Source of the DNA: Actinomycetota bacterium
Lineage (GTDB): Bacteria > Actinomycetota > UBA4738 > HRBIN12
DNA length: 64,000 bases
Direction of reading: 5' to 3'
Assembly: GCA_040882605.1 (NCBI GenBank)
Contig: JBBEAY010000062.1
Span: 4,661 to 68,660 of the forward strand
In this document: positions 19,632-28,862 of the stretch, piece by piece
How the letters are laid out: every line of letters begins with the position of its first letter
Numbering within the stretch: the stretch's first letter is position 1
Notes under the pieces: model-generated
The model's input: only the letters and a program-made list of their open reading frames with translations
Told to the model about the DNA's origin: nothing
Database searches by the model: none
Translations under genes and position numbers: made by a program

Positions 19632-21094
19632 CCGAGCTCTGCGACCTGACTGCGTCAGTGCTCTCGGCCCGGCTGCGTGACGGAGAGATCACGACCGTGT
19701 TGCTCGCCGAATCGTCGCTTGCGCGGCGTGAGGTCCTCGACGAACGTGTGCGAGCGTTCCTGACGCCGACGCCACAGGTCGCGCTCGAGCGGGCGGCCGA
19801 GCTCGATGCCTACCTCGCCACCGGAGCGCCTCAGAGCGGGGTCGCGGGCATCCCGCTCGCCCTGAAAGACGTCCTCACGACCAACGGCATCCGCACGACA
19901 TGTGGGTCGAAGATCCTCGAGACGTACGTGCCGCCGTACGACGCGACGGCATGGACGCGCCTGTCGGGCGCGGGCAGCGTGCTCGTCGGCAAGACGAACT
20001 GCGATGAGTTCGCCATGGGCTCCTCGAACGAGAACTCCGCGTTCGGCCCGGTGCACAACCCTTGGGACCTCGACACCGTTCCCGGCGGTTCGAGTGGTGG
20101 CAGTGCGGCGGCGGTCGCGAGCGGCATGGCCGTGTGGGCGCTCGGCACCGACACGGGTGGCTCGGTTCGCCAGCCCGCCTCGCTCACCGGCACTGTGGGG
20201 CTGAAGCCCACATACGGACGGATCAGCCGGTACGGGTTGATCGCGTTCGCGTCCTCGCTCGACACGATCGGCACGTTCACGCGGAGCGTCGGCGACGCCG
20301 CAACGTTGCTCGGCGTGATGGCCGGCAAGGACCATCGCGACGCCACCAGCCTCGATGCCGACGTGCCCGACTACACCGATGGTCTCGATGCCGGCGTCGA
20401 AGGCCTGCGCGTCGGCGTGCTCGCCGAGTCGTTCGGCGAAGGCGTCGATGCCGACGTCGCGTCGTCGGTTCGCGCGGCCTGCGACCGCCTGGAAGCGCTC
20501 GGCGCCGAGGTGGGGGAGGCGACGCTTCCGCATGCGGGATACGCCCTGAGCGCCTACTACCTGATCGCGCCCAGCGAGGCTTCCTCGAACCTCGCTCGGT
20601 ATGACGGCGTGCGCTACGGCCTGAGGGTCGAGGGCGAGGACTCGATCGAGATGATGTTCCGCACCCGTGGTGAGGGGTTCGGTCCTGAGGTCAAACGACG
20701 GATCATGCTCGGCACGTACGCCCTCTCGGCCGGCTACTACGACGCGTATTACGGACAGGCCCAGAAGGTGCGCACGTTGCTCCTGCAGGATTACGCGGCG
20801 GCGTTCGAGCGCTTCGATGTGCTCGTGTCGCCGACGTCGCCGACCACGGCGTTCCCGATCGGGGCGAAGGTCGAGGACCCCATGGCGATGTACCTGAACG
20901 ACATCTTCACGATCCCGGCCAACCTCGGCGGCGTGCCGGCGATCAGCGTTCCCTGCGGGCTCGACTCGGCCGGCCTGCCGATCGGGCTGCAGCTCACGGC
21001 CAGGGCGCTCGACGAGGCGACCCTGTTCCGCGCCGGCGCCGCGCTAGAGCACGATCTCGGGCTCGATATGCGCCCGCCCTTGCTCGCCGCTTGA
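19628..21094 (+). CDS. gatA: Asp/Glu-tRNA amidotransferase subunit A
   Basis: Amidase signature GGSSGGSAAAVA...GTDTGGSVRQPAS. It is GTGA-coupled to gatC. Confidence 0.95.
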   Translation: MTELCDLTASVLSARLRDGEITTVLLAESSLARREVLDERVRAFLTPTPQVALERAAELDAYLATGAPQSGVAGIPLALKDVLTTNGIRTTCGSKILETYVPPYDATAWTRLSGAGSVLVGKTNCDEFAMGSSNENSAFGPVHNPWDLDTVPGGSSGGSAAAVASGMAVWALGTDTGGSVRQPASLTGTVGLKPTYGRISRYGLIAFASSLDTIGTFTRSVGDAATLLGVMAGKDHRDATSLDADVPDYTDGLDAGVEGLRVGVLAESFGEGVDADVASSVRAACDRLEALGAEVGEATLPHAGYALSAYYLIAPSEASSNLARYDGVRYGLRVEGEDSIEMMFRTRGEGFGPEVKRRIMLGTYALSAGYYDAYYGQAQKVRTLLLQDYAAAFERFDVLVSPTSPTTAFPIGAKVEDPMAMYLNDIFTIPANLGGVPAISVPCGLDSAGLPIGLQLTARALDEATLFRAGAALEHDLGLDMRPPLLAA

Positions 21095-22036
21095 GCCACC
21101 GCTCGCGGTCGCGCCGTCGCCACGAGCTGCCCCGCCGCCCGACACGATGAGCGCGACCGCCACGATGATCAGCGCACCGGCCGCAACCGCCGTTGCGGTG
21201 AGCCGCTCGTCGAGCAGGAGCCAGCCGAGTAGCACCGCGCCCACCGGTGTGACGTAGGCATATGTTGCGACGAGCGACGTTCGGGCGACACGCAGCAGCC
21301 ACAGGTAGGCCGTGAACCCGATCCACGAGCCGATCACGATGAGGTACGCGAGGCTGAGCGCGGATGCTTGCGAGAATGAGTCGAGACGCAAGTCGGCCAG
21401 CTCCCCCGCGAGCGCTCCCGCGACCCAGAACACACCGGCGGCGATCACCATCTCCATGCCGGCCGCCACGAACGGACGTCGTGGAAGCCGTGCATGTCGC
21501 TGATAGATCGAGCCCGCCGCCCACGATGCCGCCGCAGCGAGGGCGACCAGCAGTCCGACGAGGTCGATCGCACCGTCGAGCGCCGCGCCGCCGACGAGTA
21601 GCGCCGCGCCCGCGAAACCGACGGCGAGCCCGGCGACCACGACGGGCGGCTGACGCCGATGAAGCACCACGCGGTCGATCGCCGCGATCCACAGCGGCAC
21701 GGTGGCGATCGCGAGTCCGGCCACCCCCGATGGGATCGTGCGCTCGGCCCACACGATGCCGCCGTTGCCTCCGAACATCAGGAGCACCGCCACGACCGCG
21801 GCGCCCTTCCACTCGGCGGCGCCGGGGCGGTCGCCGCGCCGGTCACCCGCTCGCAGCGCGATGGGCAGCAACAACGCGCCGGCCACGAAGAAGCGGACGC
21901 CGGTCGCGACGAGCGGCGGCATCGTCTCGTTGACGAGCTTGATCGCGATGAACGTGGTGCTCCAGATCACGTAGACGGCGCCGAGCGCCGTCCAGATGCG
22001 CCCTGTGCTCGGCGTCGGCTCGGTCACACGTCCCAT
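21044..22036 (-). CDS. EamA/DMT-family transporter
   Basis: 10-TM DMT pattern (VIWSTTFIAIK...). ATG 22036 overlaps the SDR stop by 13 nt. The low-complexity C-tail runs 51 nt antisense into gatA. Confidence 0.8.
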   Translation of the reverse strand: MGRVTEPTPSTGRIWTALGAVYVIWSTTFIAIKLVNETMPPLVATGVRFFVAGALLLPIALRAGDRRGDRPGAAEWKGAAVVAVLLMFGGNGGIVWAERTIPSGVAGLAIATVPLWIAAIDRVVLHRRQPPVVVAGLAVGFAGAALLVGGAALDGAIDLVGLLVALAAAASWAAGSIYQRHARLPRRPFVAAGMEMVIAAGVFWVAGALAGELADLRLDSFSQASALSLAYLIVIGSWIGFTAYLWLLRVARTSLVATYAYVTPVGAVLLGWLLLDERLTATAVAAGALIIVAVALIVSGGGAARGDGATASGGSSGEQGRAHIEPEIVL

Positions 22037-22824
22037 CCGGCGTCGACCGGTATGTCGTGGCCGGTGATGTTCTTGGCGCCCTCGGAGACCAGGAAGTCGA
22101 TCGCGCATGCGATGTCCTCTTCGTCCACGAACCGGCCGAGCGCGGTCTGCGCGGCGAACTCGGCGTACACCTCATCGGGCGTCGTGCCGAGCCTTGCGGC
22201 CTTGGTGGCGACGATCTTGTCCATGCGCTCCCCGTGGGTCACGTTCGGACAGACGTCGTTCACCGTGATGTCGTGCGGGCCGAGCTCCAAGGCGAGCGTT
22301 CGAGTCAGCCCCCGGACCGCCCATTTGGAGGCCGAGTAACCGCTGCGGTTGCGGTATCCACGGAGCCCGGACGTTCCGGCGATGTTCACGATGCGCCCGC
22401 CGCCGCGCGAGATCATGTACGGGATCACGTGCTTACACGGCAGGAAGGTCCCCACGACGTTGAGGTCGAGGATGGAACGGAACTCCTCTGCCGGATACTC
22501 GTGTGCCGGGGTTTCGATCGGGCCCGTGCCGCCGGCGGTGTTCACGAGGATGTCGATGCCCCCGAAGCGCTCGGCCACGGACGCGGCCATCGCCGCGACC
22601 TGCGCCTCATCAGTGACGTCGCACGCAACGACCATGCTCTCTCGCCCCGTGTGCTTCTCGTCGACGAGTCGCGCGTGCTCCTCGAGCGCGCTCGTTGTGC
22701 GGCCGATGAAGGACACGTGGGCGCCGTCGCGGGCCAGATGCTCCGAGACCACGCCCCCGATCCCTTTCGCGGCGCCGGTGACGATCGCCACCCGGCCCGT
22801 CAGCGGTCGTCCGTTCCCCGTCAT
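22024..22824 (-). CDS. Short-chain dehydrogenase/reductase (classical SDR)
   Basis: VTGAAKGIGG, NTAG and YSASK motifs. The ATG overlaps the IclR stop (ATGA). Confidence 0.85.
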   Translation of the reverse strand: MTGNGRPLTGRVAIVTGAAKGIGGVVSEHLARDGAHVSFIGRTTSALEEHARLVDEKHTGRESMVVACDVTDEAQVAAMAASVAERFGGIDILVNTAGGTGPIETPAHEYPAEEFRSILDLNVVGTFLPCKHVIPYMISRGGGRIVNIAGTSGLRGYRNRSGYSASKWAVRGLTRTLALELGPHDITVNDVCPNVTHGERMDKIVATKAARLGTTPDEVYAEFAAQTALGRFVDEEDIACAIDFLVSEGAKNITGHDIPVDAGWDV

Positions 22825-23693
22825 GTCTTGCCTCCTCTTCGCTTGCTCTTGTCGATCCGGGCCTTGATGTCGCGGACCCCTGGGACCTTCAGACCCAGGG
22901 CCCCGGCCACCTCGAGGGCCGCACGATGCACCCGCTCGATGTCTTCGCACACCCGCGCCGGGGACAGGCGGGCGCTGGGGCCGGCCACACCCAGCGCACA
23001 GACCGCACCGCCGTCATCGTTGAGGACGGGAACCGCGACTCCCCACACACCGACGTTGGTCTCTTCGTAGCTGCCGGCCCATCCTCGGTCCCTTATCCGA
23101 TCAAGCTCTTCGCGCAACGATCGGGGGTCGGTGATCGTCGCGTGACAGAGCTCCTCGAGCGGTCCTTCCAAGATCCTGTCGATCGCGCGGGCGTCCAAGA
23201 AGGCGAGCAGCGCCTTCTGCGACGCGCCGGCGTGCAGGGGCAGCCGCCGGCCCGGCGACACCGACAACCGGAGTGACTGCGAAGTCTCGACCCGTTCGAG
23301 GCATGACCCGCCCTCCTGCCCCGGCGAGACGACGGTGAGCAGGGCCGTCTCGCCGGTGTCGCGCGAGAGGTCCTGTAGCACGGGCATCGCGACGGCGCGC
23401 AGGTCAACGACCGAGCGCGCTCGGTCGCCCAGACGAAGCGACGCCAGGCCGAGCCGGAACCGCTTCGACGTTTCGTCCTGGCTGACGTAGCCGTAGCGCT
23501 TCAGCGCCATGAGGATCCTGTGAGCGGTGGGAACGGGCAACCCGACGGCCCGCGCGACCTCCGAGGCGGTCCACTCCGCGTGGTCCTCGTCGAACAGCTC
23601 GAGGATCGAGAACGTTCTTGCCAGCACCCGGAACGATGTCGCGTTGGAGGCGGTTCCGGCTCGACCCTTCCCGGTCGTCGTGGTGGGGGTCAC
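22821..23693 (-). CDS. IclR-family transcriptional regulator
   Basis: ILELF....WTASEVARAVGLPVPTAHRILMAL HTH followed by an IclR effector domain. Confidence 0.85.
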   Translation of the reverse strand: MTPTTTTGKGRAGTASNATSFRVLARTFSILELFDEDHAEWTASEVARAVGLPVPTAHRILMALKRYGYVSQDETSKRFRLGLASLRLGDRARSVVDLRAVAMPVLQDLSRDTGETALLTVVSPGQEGGSCLERVETSQSLRLSVSPGRRLPLHAGASQKALLAFLDARAIDRILEGPLEELCHATITDPRSLREELDRIRDRGWAGSYEETNVGVWGVAVPVLNDDGGAVCALGVAGPSARLSPARVCEDIERVHRAALEVAGALGLKVPGVRDIKARIDKSKRRGGKT

Positions 23694-23711
23694 GGTGCTC
23701 GGTCGTTCGTC

Positions 23712-25139
23712 CTAGATGTGGACGACGACCATCCGCTCCTCGGTCATCTCGCGGACCGCGTCGTGCGGGCCTTCCTTCGTGTTGCCCGATGCCTTCGTGC
23801 CGCCGTAGGGCATCTGATCGACCCGGAACTGTGGCGCCTGGTTGATCATCACGCTTCCGAAGCGCAGCCGGTCGATCGCCGTCATCGCGCTCGGCAGGTC
23901 GCGCGTGAAGATGCCGGCCTGCAGGCCGTACTCGGTGCCGTTGGCGAGCGCGATCGCCTCGTCGAGACTCTCGAACGGCGCCACTGCGACCACGGGCCCG
24001 AAGACCTCGTTCTTCCACACGGGCTGGTCGAAGCCGACCTCGTCGAGCACGACCGGGCGCAGGTGGCCGTCTCCGAATGTTCCTCCCGCGAGCCGTTGGG
24101 CGCCGGCATCCACGGCGGACTCGACCCAATCCTCGACCCGAGCGCGAGCCTGCGGAGTGATGGAAGGCCCGATGTCGGTCTCTGGGTCTGACGGGTCGCC
24201 CGCCCTCTGGGCTCCGGCGGCGGCCGAGAGCTTCTCAACGAACGAGCTGTGCACGTCTCTGTGGACCATCACGCGCTGCACGCTGATGCACGACTGCCCC
24301 GCGAACGCGTACCCGCTGGCGGCCGACGTCGTCGCGGCCGCGTCGAGGTCGGCGTCGGCGCAGACGATCACAGGGGTCGAGTTCCCGAGCTCGAGGGTGA
24401 CGCGTTTGCGAGCCGCCTTGGCCTTCAGTTCCCAGCCGAGCGCTGCCGATCCGGTGAAGGTGAGCAGACCGACACGATCGTCGGCGATCAGCGCATCGGC
24501 GATCGGACCGGGCTCGCCCACCAGAACCGACATCCATGCGGGCGGGAGTCCCGCCCGATGGAAGGCGCGGACCAGCTCGATCGCGGCGAGCGGCGCCTTG
24601 TCGGCGGGCTTGAGCACGACGCCACATCCGGCCGCGACCGCCGGCCCGATCTTGTGCGCTGCCAATGTGAGCGGGAAGTTGAAGGGTGTGATCGCCGCGA
24701 CCACGCCGACGGGCACCCGCACGGTGAACCCGAGGTGGCCGACACCCGCCGGGTGAGCGTCGAGAGGGATGCCTCTGCCGGCCAGGGTTCGTGCCTCCGC
24801 CGCCGAGAAGATCAAGGTCTGGACGCAGCGATCGGCCTCCATGAGGGCCTGCTTATACGGCTTGCCGTTCTCCCCCGAGATCATGCGTGCGAACGCTTCC
24901 CGTCGATCGCGGACCTCTTCGGCGACACGGTCAAGTATCTCGGCGCGCTCCCACGCCGCAAGGCCCGCCTGCATCGCATCCCACGCCGCGTCGATCGAGG
25001 AGCGGGCCGCTTCGGGGCCCAGCCAGGGCACGGCGCCAACGAGGCGGTCGTCCCAGGGAGAGCGGACCTCGAAGGGTTCGCCCTCCGCCACGTCGTTGCC
25101 TGCCACGACGAGAGGCGTCATCTGCGGTGCGGTCGACAT
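23712..25139 (-). CDS. NAD(P)-dependent aldehyde dehydrogenase
   Basis: ITPFNFPL, FTGS, LELGN and GQSCISVQRV (catalytic Cys). GAAGGAGGA SD precedes ATG 25139. The track ORF is over-extended by 75 aa. Confidence 0.85.
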   Translation of the reverse strand: MSTAPQMTPLVVAGNDVAEGEPFEVRSPWDDRLVGAVPWLGPEAARSSIDAAWDAMQAGLAAWERAEILDRVAEEVRDRREAFARMISGENGKPYKQALMEADRCVQTLIFSAAEARTLAGRGIPLDAHPAGVGHLGFTVRVPVGVVAAITPFNFPLTLAAHKIGPAVAAGCGVVLKPADKAPLAAIELVRAFHRAGLPPAWMSVLVGEPGPIADALIADDRVGLLTFTGSAALGWELKAKAARKRVTLELGNSTPVIVCADADLDAAATTSAASGYAFAGQSCISVQRVMVHRDVHSSFVEKLSAAAGAQRAGDPSDPETDIGPSITPQARARVEDWVESAVDAGAQRLAGGTFGDGHLRPVVLDEVGFDQPVWKNEVFGPVVAVAPFESLDEAIALANGTEYGLQAGIFTRDLPSAMTAIDRLRFGSVMINQAPQFRVDQMPYGGTKASGNTKEGPHDAVREMTEERMVVVHI

Positions 25140-25168
25140 CGAACGGGTCCTCCTTCGCTGCCCTCGGG

Positions 25169-25196
25169 TTGACCGGCAACGCTCGGATGGTAACAT
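25169..25196 (+). promoter_or_regulatory. Near-consensus promoter TTGACC-16 nt-TAACAT for the 7-gene plus-strand operon
   Basis: TTGACC at 25169-25174 and TAACAT at 25191-25196, in the 112-bp divergent intergenic region. Confidence 0.45.
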
Positions 25197-25220
25197 GCGC
25201 CATCTCGGCAGTCGAAAGAG

Positions 25221-25239
25221 CTTCTCATCAAGTGAGAAG
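25221..25239. promoter_or_regulatory. Perfect 7-bp inverted repeat CTTCTCA-5 nt-TGAGAAG overlapping the SD of the first operon gene
   Basis: Seen directly at 25221-25227 and 25233-25239. It lies between the putative TSS and GTG 25252. It is either a candidate IclR operator or an SD-sequestering hairpin. Confidence 0.4.
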
Positions 25240-25251
25240 GGACAGGTACCC

Positions 25252-26211
25252 GTGGATCGACCCGATCTCGAGCTCCTGCGTGGCGCGATCGACATGCACG
25301 CGCACACCGGGCCCGCGCTCTTCCGCAGGCATATCGATGACGCCGCGTTGGCCGAGTACGCCATCCGCTACGGCATGCGCGGCTTCGTCCTGAAGGATCA
25401 CGACGCATCGACCACTGGGCGCGCCTACTACGTGAACCGCATGTTCCCTGAGGTCGAGTCCTTCGGGGCCGTCGTGCTGAACCGCTCGGTCGGCGGGCTG
25501 AACCCGTACGTGGCGGAAGCAGCGATCCACTACGGGGCTCGCGTCGTGTGGATGCCTTCGAACCACTCGAAGTACCACGCCGAGTTCTTCAACATGCCCG
25601 ACTACCCGCAGTTCGGCCGCCCGAAGCCGCAGCTGCCGGGCGATGGCGTCACGGTCTTCGAAGACGATGGGCTCACCCTCACATCGGCTGCGCGGACGAT
25701 CTGCGAGGTAGTGGCCGCCAACGACGTCGCGCTCGCGACGGGACACCTGTCGTTGCCCGAGATCCGGGCGCTCCAGGGTGCGGCGAATGCGGCGGGAGTG
25801 AAGCACTTCATCGTCACCCACGCCAACTGGTCGCTCTGCAGGCTCGACGTTGCCGTGCAGAAGGAGCTGATAGAGGAAGGAGCGACGATCGAGTACGTGG
25901 CGTGCTCATGCGTGTCGCCGATCTTCTGGGAGCAGCAGCCGGGCGAGCTCGCGGAATGGATCATCGAGCTGCAAGGCGAACACCTCGTGTTCGGTTCCGA
26001 TCTCGGTCAGTTCGCAGGCCCTCCCCATCCCGAAGGCCTGCGCATGCTCCTGGCAGCCCTCCTCGACGTGGGAGTGCCCTACGAGTACCTCGAGAAGATG
26101 ACGAAGCGCAATCCCGAGCGCGTGCTGGGTCTCGAGGCGGGCTGGACGCCCGCGATCGAGCCGTCGCTGCCCGACCTGACGCCGGCGCGCCCCGAGGGTT
26201 CGCACCCATGA
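25252..26211 (+). CDS. DUF6282-like / amidohydrolase-superfamily metal-dependent hydrolase
   Basis: The N-terminal IDMHAHTGP metal-binding motif, ...VWMPSNHS... and ...VTHANW... fit a TIM-barrel hydrolase pattern. 319 aa. It is ATGA-coupled to the next gene. Confidence 0.6.
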   Translation: MDRPDLELLRGAIDMHAHTGPALFRRHIDDAALAEYAIRYGMRGFVLKDHDASTTGRAYYVNRMFPEVESFGAVVLNRSVGGLNPYVAEAAIHYGARVVWMPSNHSKYHAEFFNMPDYPQFGRPKPQLPGDGVTVFEDDGLTLTSAARTICEVVAANDVALATGHLSLPEIRALQGAANAAGVKHFIVTHANWSLCRLDVAVQKELIEEGATIEYVACSCVSPIFWEQQPGELAEWIIELQGEHLVFGSDLGQFAGPPHPEGLRMLLAALLDVGVPYEYLEKMTKRNPERVLGLEAGWTPAIEPSLPDLTPARPEGSHP

Positions 26212-27506
26212 CTTCGTTCTGGCACCCGTTCGCCGACATGGCTGCGGTGGAGGTCTCCGGCGAGCTGTCGATCGTGAGGGGAGAGGGTTCGCACGTCTGG
26301 GACGCGGGCGGTCGTCGCTACCTCGACGCCACGGCGAGCCTCTGGTACTGCAACGTGGGGCACGGGCGCTCCGAGATCGCCGATGCGGTCGCGAGGCAGA
26401 TGCGCGAGCTCGAAGCGTTCTCCACGTTCCAGGATCTCACGAACCCGGTGGTCGACGAGCTCGTCGAGCGCATCGCTCGGATCGCTCCAGTTGCCGGCTC
26501 GAAGGTGTTCCTGACGAGTGGTGGCTCGGACTCGATCGATACGGCCACGAAGATGGTCCGCCGGTACTGGCACCTGCGTGGACAGCCCGAGCGCCAGGTG
26601 CTGATCCGGCGAGAGCGCGCGTATCACGGCATGCACGCCGCTGGGACCGCGCTCGGCGGTATCCCCGCCAACGCCGTTGGGCACGGCTCGTTGCTTCCCG
26701 ACGTGGTTGAGGTTCTGTGGGACGACGCCGACTCGCTCCGCGCCACGATCGCCGGGTTGGAAGGGAAGGCCGCCGCCTTCTTCTGCGAGCCGATCATCGG
26801 CGCCGGCGGTGTATTCGCTCCGCCGGCCGGATACCTAGAAGCGGTTCGGCGAGTGTGCCGCGACGCCGGGGTCCTCTTCATCGCCGATGAGGTGATCACC
26901 GGATTCGGCCGGACCGGCGAGTGGTTCGCGAGCACGCGTTGGAATCTCGAGCCCGACCTGGTCACCTGCGCGAAGGGCATCACCAGTGGTTACTTGCCGC
27001 TCGGCGCAGTGATCGCGGCGCCGACGGTCTGGGAGCCCTTCTATGCGGAAGGGGCCGGCATGTGGCGGCACGGCTACACCTACTCCGGACATGCCGCCGT
27101 GGCTGCGGCCGCGATCGCGAACCTCGACATCGTCGAACGTGAGCAGCTGCTTGCGCGAGCGGTCGAGCTCGAGGGCATGCTCGCCGAGGGGCTCGGCGCG
27201 TTGGCCGGCCACGAGCTCGTGAGCGAGGTGCGTGCCGGCACGGGCGTCCTCGCCGCCGTGCAGATCGATCCATCGCGGCTCGAGGCGGACCCCGGGTTGG
27301 TCCAGGCGATCGTGCCGGCCTGTCGCGCGAACAGCGTGATGACGCGGACGCTGGTGACGGGCGCCATCCACATCTCCCCTCCGCTCGTGCTCCAGGACGA
27401 GGAGATCGATGAGCTGGTGAGCGGCCTCTGGGGAGCGCTCGATGACCTTCGGCGTTCTTCCGAGCGGCAGCTCGCCCATCAGACGGAGCCCGGCGAACCC
27501 CGATGA
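26208..27506 (+). CDS. Class-III (omega-type) PLP aminotransferase
   Basis: FWHPFADM..., LWYCNVGHGR, FLTSGGSDSIDTA, FIADEVITGFGRTG and TCAKGITSGYLPLG (PLP Lys). Confidence 0.85.
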   Translation: MTSFWHPFADMAAVEVSGELSIVRGEGSHVWDAGGRRYLDATASLWYCNVGHGRSEIADAVARQMRELEAFSTFQDLTNPVVDELVERIARIAPVAGSKVFLTSGGSDSIDTATKMVRRYWHLRGQPERQVLIRRERAYHGMHAAGTALGGIPANAVGHGSLLPDVVEVLWDDADSLRATIAGLEGKAAAFFCEPIIGAGGVFAPPAGYLEAVRRVCRDAGVLFIADEVITGFGRTGEWFASTRWNLEPDLVTCAKGITSGYLPLGAVIAAPTVWEPFYAEGAGMWRHGYTYSGHAAVAAAAIANLDIVEREQLLARAVELEGMLAEGLGALAGHELVSEVRAGTGVLAAVQIDPSRLEADPGLVQAIVPACRANSVMTRTLVTGAIHISPPLVLQDEEIDELVSGLWGALDDLRRSSERQLAHQTEPGEPR

Positions 27507-27519
27507 CGAGGATCGACCC

Positions 27520-28380
27520 GTGTTCGTGAAGCCGTTCCGCTACGTGCGCGCCGAGAGCTTGGCGCAGGCGTGTGAGGTTCTTCGAACGGCCGATGGGACG
27601 GCGAAGGTCATCGCGGGAGGCCAGAGCTTGCTGCCCATGGCCAACCTCGGCCTGCTCGACCTCGAGGCCGTCGTCGACATCGGCAGCGTGGAAGGCCATC
27701 GAGGAGTGGATGAGAACGACGGGTTCCTCACGATCGGCGCGCTCACCCGACACCGCGATCTGGAGCGCGACCCGACGCTGATCGCGCAACAGCCTCTGAT
27801 CCCGGCGGCGACCTCTTGGATCGGATCCGCCCGCATCCGCACGCGGGGCACGCTGGGCGGTTCCCTCGCTCACTCGGACCCCGCGGCTGAGCTGCCGCTC
27901 GTCATGACGGCCCTCGGGGCCGAGTACGAGCTCACGACCGCAAGCTCCACCCGTGTCGTTCGGGCGGACGAGTTCCACGTCTCGTACTTCACGAACGCGC
28001 TCGCGGAGGACGAGCTGATCGCGGCCGTGCGCGTGCCGGCCCTTGGCCCCGGCTGGGGGTGGGGCTTCGCCGAGATCTCCCGGCGGCGGGGCGATTTCGC
28101 GATCGCCGCCGCCGCAGCGCTCGCGCGTGTCGCGGACGGCCACGTCGTCGAAGCACGCCTCGCGCTCGGCGGCGTGCACGAGCGGCCGATGCGGCTCGCA
28201 GACATCGAGAGCGCCACGACGGGGGCGTCGGCATCCGAGCTCGACGCTCGTATCGGGCCCGTCGAGGGGCTGCAAGCCGTGAGTGATACGAGCGCAACGG
28301 CCGAGCATCGAACGCACGTGGCTCGGGTGCTCGCGCTTCGGGCGCTGACCGACGCGGTTCGACGTGGGGAAGCTGCGTGA
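27520..28380 (+). CDS. Molybdenum hydroxylase FAD-binding (medium, CoxM/XdhB-like) subunit
   Basis: KPFRYVRAESLAQACEVL...KVIAGGQSLLPMANL...GTLGGSLAHSDP. Start taken as GTG 27520. Confidence 0.8.
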   Translation: MFVKPFRYVRAESLAQACEVLRTADGTAKVIAGGQSLLPMANLGLLDLEAVVDIGSVEGHRGVDENDGFLTIGALTRHRDLERDPTLIAQQPLIPAATSWIGSARIRTRGTLGGSLAHSDPAAELPLVMTALGAEYELTTASSTRVVRADEFHVSYFTNALAEDELIAAVRVPALGPGWGWGFAEISRRRGDFAIAAAAALARVADGHVVEARLALGGVHERPMRLADIESATTGASASELDARIGPVEGLQAVSDTSATAEHRTHVARVLALRALTDAVRRGEAA

Positions 28381-28862
28381 GCTCGGCGCACGAAGTGGAG
28401 ACATCGTTGAAGGTGAACGGGGTGGCCGTGAAGGAAACGGCCGGCGCTCATCTGTCCCTTCTCCGCTGGCTCCGGGACATCGCCGGAGTCACCGACCCCA
28501 AGTACGGCTGCGGTGAGGGCGTGTGTGGAACATGCACGGTGCTGGTAGATGGCGAGCCGGTGTCTGCCTGCATCGTCCTCGCGGCACAGGTCGACGGGGC
28601 CGCCGTCACCACGGCGGCGGGCTTGTGCGAGCCCGACGGGTCGCTCGGTCCGTTGCAGAGGGCCTTTCACGAGTGTCACGCAGCCCAATGTGGGTTCTGC
28701 ACCCCTGGCATGTTGATGTGTGCGGCCTCGATGCTCGGCGAGGCCGACCACACGCTTGAGCGCCACGAGATCAGGGAAGGACTGCACGGCAACCTGTGCC
28801 GATGCACCGGGTACGGCCCGATCGTCGACGCGATCGACGCCGCTCAGGGATCCGCGCCATGA
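28377..28862 (+). CDS. Molybdenum hydroxylase [2Fe-2S] (small, CoxS-like) subunit
   Basis: CGEGVCGTCTV and QCGFCTPG...CRCTGY cysteine clusters. Confidence 0.9.
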   Translation: MSSAHEVETSLKVNGVAVKETAGAHLSLLRWLRDIAGVTDPKYGCGEGVCGTCTVLVDGEPVSACIVLAAQVDGAAVTTAAGLCEPDGSLGPLQRAFHECHAAQCGFCTPGMLMCAASMLGEADHTLERHEIREGLHGNLCRCTGYGPIVDAIDAAQGSAP

